Shown: piece after piece, positions 57,207 to 63,964 of the stretch | How the letters are laid out: every line of letters starts with the position of its first letter | Position numbering within the stretch: the stretch's first letter is position 1 | IMG/VR virus record: IMGVR_UViG_3300007351_000003 | Location: 4,022-68,021 of that record | Source: a virus | DNA length: 64,000 nucleotides | Direction: 5' to 3' (one strand) | Made by a program: the position numbers and the translations under genes | Notes under the pieces: model-generated | Told to the model about the DNA's origin: nothing | Database searches by the model: none | Seen by the model: only the letters and a program-made list of their open reading frames with translations

Positions 57207-57901
57207 GTCATTGGCGTCATCCAGTAAAGGAAATGCTTATATCGTTACAGCGGAAGGGGCAGCGCCGTTGCTCATCGAAGCAGGTATGCCAATCCGCACT
57301 TTGAGAGAACGCCTAGGTTTTGGCGTTACGGGTCTCGCGGGGTGCCTTGTATCCCACGAGCATCTTTGACCACGCCAAAGGCGTCAAGGACTTGCTTAAA
57401 GCAGGCGTAGACTGCTGGATGAGCGCAGGGACCGCCGAGGCACTTGGAGTATTCGGCCATCACCGGCATTGCCTGCTTTTGCCTGACGATACTGCGACAC
57501 TAGGAAATGGATGGACGGTAAAGCCTTTTGATCTACAACACGACGCCTCAGAGCCGCTCGGCTTCCTCATAGGCCACAAAGATGAAAGGCTTCTGTTCGT
57601 TCCAGATACCGCATACGTCGAGAACCGCTTCGCAGGTGTCACCCTGGCCGCGATCGAATGTAACCACGTGGAGTCCATCCTGTCGCAGAATATCGTAAGC
57701 GGCCGGGTGGATCCTTCTCTCGGGAAGCGGATACGCAGGAATCACATGAGCCTGGAAACCGCAATCGCCATGCTCAAAGCCAATGATCTGAGCAAGTGCC
57801 GGAAGATTTTTTTGCTTCATCTCTCAGACGCTAACTCGGATGAGCAGCGCATGAAACTTGAGATCCAGCAGGCCACAGGAATACCGACTGAAATATGCTG
57901 A
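57196..57901 (+). CDS. MBL-fold exonuclease requiring a +1 frameshift at 57364-57370 (or a pseudogene)
   Basis: LASSSKGN...SHEHL in one frame, DHAKG...HDA...DT...IECNH...LLHLS in the +1 frame; junction CTT TGA C. Confidence 0.85.
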
Positions 57902-58146
57902 AACTTGAATTCAACAAACCATCCATTAATTGTATGTATTTCCGGGAGAAACTTTCCGGGGTTGGGGAGAATGTCTGCATCCATAAATTCGATACTTGTA
58001 CACCAGTAGACTGTGAAGATAAGGCGCCATATCCTGCAGCGGAAGATATCCGACAAGAAAATTGGAAGCGCAACTACGAAGAATGCCCAAGCATGGACTG
58101 TGAGCTATGCGAGGATAGAGAAATCTGTGAAGGAAGTGAAGTGTAG
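57895..58146 (+). CDS. Cys-rich hypothetical protein
   Basis: 83 aa overlapping the upstream stop. Confidence 0.45.
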   Translation: MLKLEFNKPSINCMYFREKLSGVGENVCIHKFDTCTPVDCEDKAPYPAAEDIRQENWKRNYEECPSMDCELCEDREICEGSEV

Positions 58147-58223
58147 AGCAGCCCGCACCACGCGGGCAGAGAACGCCAAGCTGACCCGCAGCCGAGGAGA
58201 AGCTATCGGAAAGGAGAAATATC

Positions 58224-58625
58224 ATGGGCATGCCTGACAGAACGGTTGATCCGAACGGAATTGAAGAAGACGACGCATATATGACCATCTTCGAAGAGGC
58301 ACGCAAGGAGAAAATGGCCGATATGGACGTATGGGTTGCCTGGAAGATGGGTCTTGCAGCATATCAGCAGGCGCGGAAACTCGACGTGAAGTTTCCACAC
58401 GACACACCGGAACCGATTGATACCCCGGACCACATGACCATCGCGGATATGAAAGTTGAAGTTGCCGACTACGAACCGCATTATAACATGATTGATGCCG
58501 AAACCATCCGCGAATCATCATGTCCGGCTTGCAAGGGCCCGCTTATGTACCGTGGATTCAAGCATGGTGACTCATACCGTGCGTTTGCCGTATGCAAGAA
58601 ATGCAATCGAGCGGACGAATTTTAA
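58224..58625 (+). CDS. Hypothetical protein with C-terminal zinc ribbon
   Basis: CPACKG...CKKC; AAAGGAG SD after an attC half-site. Confidence 0.6.
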   Translation: MGMPDRTVDPNGIEEDDAYMTIFEEARKEKMADMDVWVAWKMGLAAYQQARKLDVKFPHDTPEPIDTPDHMTIADMKVEVADYEPHYNMIDAETIRESSCPACKGPLMYRGFKHGDSYRAFAVCKKCNRADEF

Positions 58626-58771
58626 AGCGTCCAACGCGGTCGATAGGATAGATGGCGCTGAAATCGTACTGGAAAATAAAATAGCCCAGGCAATCCCCGG
58701 CCCGGACGGGAAGTCAAGATGGACTGCCAACCCTTATGTATGGAGCATTTACTTTAAGAGAATACCTAACC

Positions 58772-59113
58772 ATGACACATTTTGAAGACGGACCCGCAAA
58801 AGGGGAAACCCTGATGCTGAAACGTTCTCCCATCTTTCTCCGTGTGGTAGAAGTTAACGGACAATGGGACGCTCTTGATCAGTTGGATGACGAACCAGCC
58901 CCCCATGAGAAGATATACGCCTATGAACGCATAGGCGAGCCCGGCATGGTGCATATCAATGCAGGGCGTAAGGGCAACAGTGGGTGGTATCCGATGGCAG
59001 CTTACCGGTTCATAACTGATCAACCAACCGATTCTGCAATGCTCGACAGCGAAGCCTGGCGGCAGTGGTGCCGGAATAGAGTAAAACCGAAATCTACAGA
59101 GGTCTTAAAATAA
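58772..59113 (+). CDS. Conserved phage hypothetical protein
   Basis: FEDGPAKG...WDALDQLDDEP motif. Confidence 0.6.
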   Translation: MTHFEDGPAKGETLMLKRSPIFLRVVEVNGQWDALDQLDDEPAPHEKIYAYERIGEPGMVHINAGRKGNSGWYPMAAYRFITDQPTDSAMLDSEAWRQWCRNRVKPKSTEVLK

Positions 59114-59574
59114 TGGTCATCCTTGCCTTTCTGCAAAACATGTGGGTTCGGGAGCCCGAGAAGGTCCGGGCTTGGCTGGACAAGAATCCGCATCTCTGGA
59201 ACCGTGCCGTAACCGGCTTTTTGTTCTCGGGCTGTCTGACCGGCCGGAGGATTAAAGCCTGCTTCGGTGACCTGGTCGAGAAGATGACATTCGAGGAATG
59301 TACAAGGGAGATCGCCGGCGATTCCCGAACCATCTGCCCACCGAACACCGCACACATCGAGGCTTGTATCGAGAAGTACAAACCGACGGTTGTGGTCACG
59401 TTCGGGAGGATCGCAGCTGAGGCGGTACGACCGATCTGGCATGCCTGGTCCACATTGACGCCTGAATATTTTATCGCATTGCCTCACCCAGCAGCCAGGC
59501 AGGTCGACACGATCAGCAAACTGAAGTCTGCAGCCAATAAGATCAGGAGGCTCTGTGGAAACTACATCAGTTAG
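59113..59574 (+). CDS. Uracil-DNA glycosylase-like superfamily protein
   Basis: PTVVVTFGRIA and IALPHPAAR motifs. Confidence 0.6.
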   Translation: MVILAFLQNMWVREPEKVRAWLDKNPHLWNRAVTGFLFSGCLTGRRIKACFGDLVEKMTFEECTREIAGDSRTICPPNTAHIEACIEKYKPTVVVTFGRIAAEAVRPIWHAWSTLTPEYFIALPHPAARQVDTISKLKSAANKIRRLCGNYIS

Positions 59575-59734
59575 CGGCGAAATCAAAAAAGAAACCGACC
59601 TCGCCATACTGTTCTTTGACGGGGAAAAGGAAGTCTGGATACCGAAATCACAGATCGAATCCCGGGTGAATTACAGCGATAGCGTGGAGATTGAGATTCC
59701 GGCCTGGTTAGCAGAAGAAAAGGAGTTGGTATGA
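59555..59734 (+). CDS. Small conserved phage protein (59 aa, not in ORF track)
   Basis: GTG with AGGAGG SD; WIPKSQI...IPAWLAEEKEL. Confidence 0.6.
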   Translation: METTSVSGEIKKETDLAILFFDGEKEVWIPKSQIESRVNYSDSVEIEIPAWLAEEKELV

Positions 59735-60129
59735 GCGACGTTATTAGAGACATTACAGATTACTCCATGAGCGAAGACTATGAACTGCTTTGGGACTTGG
59801 CACAAAAGCAGTCAGTCGTGTGCGAGGTGGACTATGATTCCAGAAACAATGATCCATCCAAACCTATCCGGGACATAGCAGCCACTCGATCTCACAAGCA
59901 TCGTGATGAAATAGTGGTCGAGGTTGAAGTCAGAGGGTACGGGTATATCTATGCCACTGATAAAGAAGATTTCCTGATGCAGTGCCGGAGATCGCGGCTG
60001 AAGTTCATATTGCCCCACATCAGAAAAAAAGAGAGATGCATACACTACTCGTGCAGACTGTGCTTATTGGGCAGTGGTATATGCTCAGGATGCGAGGGCT
60101 GTAAAGAATATGAACCTGACGGGTTGTAA
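59731..60129 (+). CDS. Hypothetical protein
   Basis: 132 aa, ATGA-coupled. Confidence 0.55.
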   Translation: MSDVIRDITDYSMSEDYELLWDLAQKQSVVCEVDYDSRNNDPSKPIRDIAATRSHKHRDEIVVEVEVRGYGYIYATDKEDFLMQCRRSRLKFILPHIRKKERCIHYSCRLCLLGSGICSGCEGCKEYEPDGL

Positions 60130-60132
60130 TTA

Positions 60133-60402
60133 ATGGCCGCCTTCTCCAAAGATGGCTGGGTTAACCGCTTCTGGCACTGTGACGGTTGCGGGAAAGAAGG
60201 ATCATGGGAAGAAGGCTGGTCATGGTACGGGTCAATCTTACATCTCGACACATGCCCGAACGATGTCCCGGTTGCCTGTTCAGATGCTTGCGCGAAGATC
60301 GTTCAGGAGAGGATCGACAGCGGCCAGTACGTTTTACCGAAACCGAAGCTGAGGAATAAGAAATACTACTCGGCAGTGGTGACGAAGAGAAAGGGGTACT
60401 GA
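60133..60402 (+). CDS. Zinc-binding hypothetical protein
   Basis: CDGCG...W...ACSDAC. Confidence 0.55.
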   Translation: MAAFSKDGWVNRFWHCDGCGKEGSWEEGWSWYGSILHLDTCPNDVPVACSDACAKIVQERIDSGQYVLPKPKLRNKKYYSAVVTKRKGY

Positions 60403-60591
60403 ATGAGCGAAGAACTTAATCCAATCCCCTGCCCGTCATGCGGCGAAGATCTGGTAAAAAAAGATGACCATCACGGAGACTGGTGGGCTCACAAGAATGA
60501 TCTGTCAAGCTGCATTTTTTCATTCATTCAATTGATGGATCAATCTGATGTTAAACGGTGGAATATTCGACCGACTATCCCCGGGCTCTAA
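60403..60591 (+). CDS. Lar-like zinc ribbon protein
   Basis: PCPSCG...KRWNIR. Confidence 0.55.
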   Translation: MSEELNPIPCPSCGEDLVKKDDHHGDWWAHKNDLSSCIFSFIQLMDQSDVKRWNIRPTIPGL

Positions 60592-60821
60592 GTAACCCAC
60601 ATCCCAGAACACGATGGGGCCACAGGATTCACCCGGGGGCTCACGCTGGCCGAAGGTATGGAGTTGCTGCCGAAGTTGGTTGAATACATCCTTACCGCCG
60701 AGGGGATGCAGTGTATAAGCGGACTGTCTGTCAATCTAGTGCTTACCCTGCCCTGCGGGGATCGCGTAGAGGTCCAGAAAGATGATATTGCAGAAAGTAC
60801 CAAGAGATAAGAGGAGTCATT

Positions 60822-61073
60822 ATGAGTAACGAGCAGCCGCAAAAAGTAGTGAATACTCTCCCGGCCGAGGGCCTTTGTCGACTCAGGCAGATCATAGGAT
60901 ACAGGGATAAAGATTCTGGTGAATGGGTGCCAGGCTTCCTTGCTATCAAAAAAAGTGCATGGTATCGGGGGATCATAGAAGGCAAATACCCGAAGCCTGC
61001 AAAGAAGTTTGGCACTCGCTGCACTTTATGGGATGTTGATGATATCAGGAAGCTGAAAGAAAAGGCATCGTAA
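60822..61073 (+). CDS. alpA: AlpA-family excisionase/regulator
   Basis: LCRLRQII...IKKSAWYRGI.EGKYPKP.KFG.RCTLW. Confidence 0.85.
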   Translation: MSNEQPQKVVNTLPAEGLCRLRQIIGYRDKDSGEWVPGFLAIKKSAWYRGIIEGKYPKPAKKFGTRCTLWDVDDIRKLKEKAS

Positions 61074-61126
61074 TGCGATACTGACCCCTGCTACTTTAGC
61101 GTGGGTGTCGAGCACTCTGGTTAGTT
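61068..61126. repeat. attC-like site (AAT variant)
   Basis: CT-GAC-CCC pairs with GGG-[T]-GTC-[G]-AG; ends GTTAGTT. Confidence 0.75.
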
Positions 61127-61148
61127 TTCCAGAGTGCGGAAAGGCAGC

Positions 61149-61391
61149 ATGATAAAGATTACAGACAGACGGTCAATTTTAAAACAGGTCATCAGCGGGA
61201 TTTGCTGGTCTCCGGTGGCTCTCATCGGCTTATTTATTGCTGCGCTCGTGGGCCTGATGGCATACGGTATTACAATTACCATTCTTGGCGGCGGGCTGCT
61301 TAAAGTCATTATTGGATTAGCGAAGTCTGCCGGTATTATGGCCGTGGTTTTCGGATACATCATTGCATTTATATGGTCGAACCAAAACTAA
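61149..61391 (+). CDS. Cassette gene: two-TM membrane protein
   Basis: Hydrophobic 80 aa; stop in TAAC. Confidence 0.65.
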   Translation: MIKITDRRSILKQVISGICWSPVALIGLFIAALVGLMAYGITITILGGGLLKVIIGLAKSAGIMAVVFGYIIAFIWSNQN

Positions 61392-61489
61392 CGCGAGCAT
61401 GAGCCGCGTACACATTGGAGGGCAAATGAAGCATTTTATTAAAACCACAACGGAGCAGATCGGGCGACGGCTCGATGCTCTGGTTAGAA
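61386..61489. repeat. Long attC-like site (104 bp)
   Basis: GAGCAT-GAGCCG pairs with CGGCTC-[G]-ATGCTC; ends GTTAGAA. Confidence 0.85.
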
Positions 61490-61614
61490 TTTGTCATGTT
61501 CATTGGCATTCTAAGTTTGCGAGATCGTGGATATGTCACTCATACCCATGCTATTATCCTGTTTCTGATTATCGCTGCCGATGTGGGCACATTAAGACAT
61601 ATCGCACAAATTGA
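61426..61614 (+). CDS. Cassette ORF initiating inside the attC loop (62 aa, Cys/His-rich)
   Basis: GGAGGG SD and ATG within the attC variable loop. Confidence 0.45.
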   Translation: MKHFIKTTTEQIGRRLDALVRICHVHWHSKFARSWICHSYPCYYPVSDYRCRCGHIKTYRTN

Positions 61615-61677
61615 TTTTAACGCGGCGCTGACCTGCCGCAGCGAAGCGGAGGCCAGTGTCGAGCGTCCTGGTTAGAA
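61615..61677. repeat. attC-like site
   Basis: GCT-GAC-CTG pairs with CAG-[T]-GTC-[G]-AGC. Confidence 0.85.
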
Positions 61678-61680
61678 TTT

Positions 61681-62304
61681 ATGCCAATGATCGCAGCACT
61701 ATATGTTATGAAAAACGGCGTCTATTATGGGTTGCCCGACGTGGACCCATGGGACGCTCACCGCGACGCCCGGAAGTACGCAGGGCCTTTCCCGGTTGTC
61801 GCACATCCGCCCTGTGAACGATGGGGCCGCTATTGGAGCGGAGGGCCGATGTTGGCAAGGACGCCGAAGGCCAAAAAAAAGGGCGACGATCAGGGATGTT
61901 TTGAGGCGGCGATAAATGCAGTACGCCGATTCGGCGGAGTCATTGAACATCCCGAGGGCAGCCACGCATGGACGGCATTCGGTTTGAACAAGCCACCGCG
62001 AACCGGGGGATGGGTGACGGCAGACTTTGAGGGCGGCTGGACATGTTGTGTCGAACAGGGACATTACGGGCACAGAGCTCGCAAGGCAACCTGGTTATAT
62101 GCGCACAGCGTAGAATTGCCGGATTTGAAGTGGGGTTCGTGCGGTAAAAAGGAACGGCTGGAAGACGGATACCATTCAACGGAAGAGCGGCGGCGGGCAG
62201 TTCGTACCGGGATTTGCCAGAGGTTATCGAAAAACCAGCGCACCGCGACGCCGCAGGAGTTCCGGGATTTGTTGATTGGAATTGCAAAGACGGTACGGAA
62301 TTAA
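61681..62304 (+). CDS. Cassette gene: minimal C5-methyltransferase-like protein
   Basis: AHPPC (motif IV-like), VIEHP (VI-like), QGHYGHRARKATW (VIII-like); no FxGxG. Confidence 0.65.
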   Translation: MPMIAALYVMKNGVYYGLPDVDPWDAHRDARKYAGPFPVVAHPPCERWGRYWSGGPMLARTPKAKKKGDDQGCFEAAINAVRRFGGVIEHPEGSHAWTAFGLNKPPRTGGWVTADFEGGWTCCVEQGHYGHRARKATWLYAHSVELPDLKWGSCGKKERLEDGYHSTEERRRAVRTGICQRLSKNQRTATPQEFRDLLIGIAKTVRN

Positions 62305-62306
62305 AA

Positions 62307-62365
62307 TTCCAACGCTTGCGTCAACCGCGAGCGAAGCGTAGACGGTTTGGACGCAATTGTTATGC
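62307..62365. repeat. attC-like site (59 bp)
   Basis: TTGCGT-C-AACCG pairs with CGGTT-[T]-G-[G]-ACGCAA. Confidence 0.85.
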
Positions 62366-62387
62366 GCCATCACGGAAAAGGAGAACA

Positions 62388-62606
62388 GTGAAAACTATTA
62401 TCACGAAACAACAGTTCACAGAGTTAGTGGGGATTCTGGCACTCGCAGATCATGAAATGAAAATCCTCAACACCCTAAACGATGCGGCACACGCTATCAC
62501 AGGTGAAAAAGATGATTGGGGACATACGGCAGATGCGATCTGGGACGACAACCTACGAGACGCGAAAAAATTGTTGAGGAAGCTCAAAATCATCGTTAAA
62601 AAGTAA
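62388..62606 (+). CDS. Cassette gene: 72-aa hypothetical protein
   Basis: GTG with AAGGAG SD. Confidence 0.6.
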   Translation: MKTIITKQQFTELVGILALADHEMKILNTLNDAAHAITGEKDDWGHTADAIWDDNLRDAKKLLRKLKIIVKK

Positions 62607-62608
62607 GC

Positions 62609-62672
62609 GCATAATGCGGCAGTTAAGCCTCGGCCCCGTCAGGGGCCGAAGGTCTTGAACTCCTGGTTCTCT
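62609..62672. repeat. attC-like site (AAT variant)
   Basis: GTT-AAG-CC pairs with GG-[T]-CTT-[G]-AAC. Confidence 0.85.
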
Positions 62673-62776
62673 CAGCGCTGATTTATAGCGCGTTTTGAGA
62701 AGGAGTTCAGGCTTAACTGCCGCATTCCCTCAGCGCGGCTCATGTAAAAGGCTTTAAGCTGAAAGGAGATTACACA

Positions 62777-62923
62777 ATGGCAACGAAAATCGAAAAGGTG
62801 CTTCAAGATACAGAAAAATGGCTTGAAAAAGAAAAAACGTGGGAAGACGATTTAGACGGATTAGATGCCATAGATATAGCGAAGGCTGTAATTCATCGGA
62901 TCAGAGAGCGGCTTTCAGCTTAA
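62777..62923 (+). CDS. Cassette gene: 48-aa protein (not in ORF track)
   Basis: MATKIEKVLQDTEKW...; AAAGGAG SD. Confidence 0.55.
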   Translation: MATKIEKVLQDTEKWLEKEKTWEDDLDGLDAIDIAKAVIHRIRERLSA

Positions 62924-62945
62924 AGCCTACCTCTAATCAGCGCTG

Positions 62946-63002
62946 AGGGAACCCGACAAAATGAGGGGTGCGGAGCATCCCGCTCGATTTTAATGGTTAG
63001 CC
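62946..63002. repeat. attC-like site
   Basis: AAAAT-GAG-GGG pairs with CCC-[G]-CTC-[G]-ATTTT. Confidence 0.8.
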
Positions 63003-63035
63003 GCTTTCATCGGTTTAGCCAGAAAGGATACTATT

Positions 63036-63350
63036 ATGAGTTGGGGAGAAAGAAGCTGCAAGCGGCCTTGTCGTTGTCCTCAGAAATGTAAAATGGAAAC
63101 GTGTAATGTTGATTGTTCCTCGTATGAATGGGATGGTGTGACAAAACCAGATTCGGCGTCAAAAATAATGAAATATTGGCCTTGTGAATGTCCTTTTATC
63201 GTGGGGCAGAATAGGTGTCAAGTTCATGATGCTGAAGCTACATGGATAATGTTCGATACGCCATTACGGGGTTATGACAACCAGAGAGTACAGGAGGCCC
63301 TTAAATCACTGGAAGAGCTGTGCAGGTCGGGCAAGAAGTTAAGCGGCTAA
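63036..63350 (+). CDS. Cassette gene: Cys-rich hypothetical protein
   Basis: 104 aa; stop in TAAC. Confidence 0.6.
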   Translation: MSWGERSCKRPCRCPQKCKMETCNVDCSSYEWDGVTKPDSASKIMKYWPCECPFIVGQNRCQVHDAEATWIMFDTPLRGYDNQRVQEALKSLEELCRSGKKLSG

Positions 63351-63405
63351 CCCCGGGGCTAAGCCATCGCCCGTAGGGCGATTGGTTTTGAACTCCTGGT
63401 TGATA
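63345..63405. repeat. attC-like site
   Basis: GGCTAAC...ATCGCCC-GTA-GGGCGAT...TT[G]AACTCCTG-GTT. Confidence 0.8.
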
Positions 63406-63488
63406 CGGCGCGTAGCTTGCGCCGTGCCAACCGATTAGAGACTTCAGCGGCTCAAGGCCCCCATTGGTGCGGCGCTTAATATAAAAAG

Positions 63489-63634
63489 CTTTTACGTCTG
63501 GTCGGGAACTGGCGGCGGCTGTCGCTAAAACGATACCGTACCGTGAATGCGAATCCCTTCGCCGGGAGGACTTCCGATCGTCGGGTGATGGTGACAGAAC
63601 CGAAAGTCCCTACCAGCCAGACCAGACGTAAAAG
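63489..63634 (+). ncRNA. 146-nt structured RNA candidate, copy 2
   Basis: Inverted copy of 47311-47456 with a compensatory G-C to U-A change in the closing stem. Confidence 0.65.
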
Positions 63635-63654
63635 GTTTCCGGCGCGAAGCGCCG

Positions 63655-63712
63655 GGAGAACGTCAAAATGACGCGCAAGCGTAGCGCGTCGCTATCGATT
63701 TTATGGTTAGGC
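63655..63712. repeat. attC-like site
   Basis: AAAAT-GA pairs with TC-[G]-ATTTT; ends GTTAGGC. Confidence 0.8.
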
Positions 63713-63724
63713 CACGGAGGGGAA

Positions 63725-63964
63725 ATGAAAAAGCCATTAGACATAGCCAACAAATGGAGAGATGAAAACGGGTACATCGGCAAGGGTGGCGTCATTGTTA
63801 TTTTAAATGGTGAGGTCAACAGTTGGGTGAATGAGTTACGCAATCCTGAGCATTGGGTGCCGGGATGTATCGCAGTAGATGAACGCGGCAACGAGTGGCG
63901 CACTGTCGGAGGAACCGAACAGGCCGGGGCTGATCGTTGGGAGCCGATAAAGATAGTGGCCTAA
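63725..63964 (+). CDS. Cassette gene: 79-aa conserved hypothetical protein
   Basis: GGAGGGG SD; stop in TAAT of the next, truncated attC. Confidence 0.65.
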   Translation: MKKPLDIANKWRDENGYIGKGGVIVILNGEVNSWVNELRNPEHWVPGCIAVDERGNEWRTVGGTEQAGADRWEPIKIVA

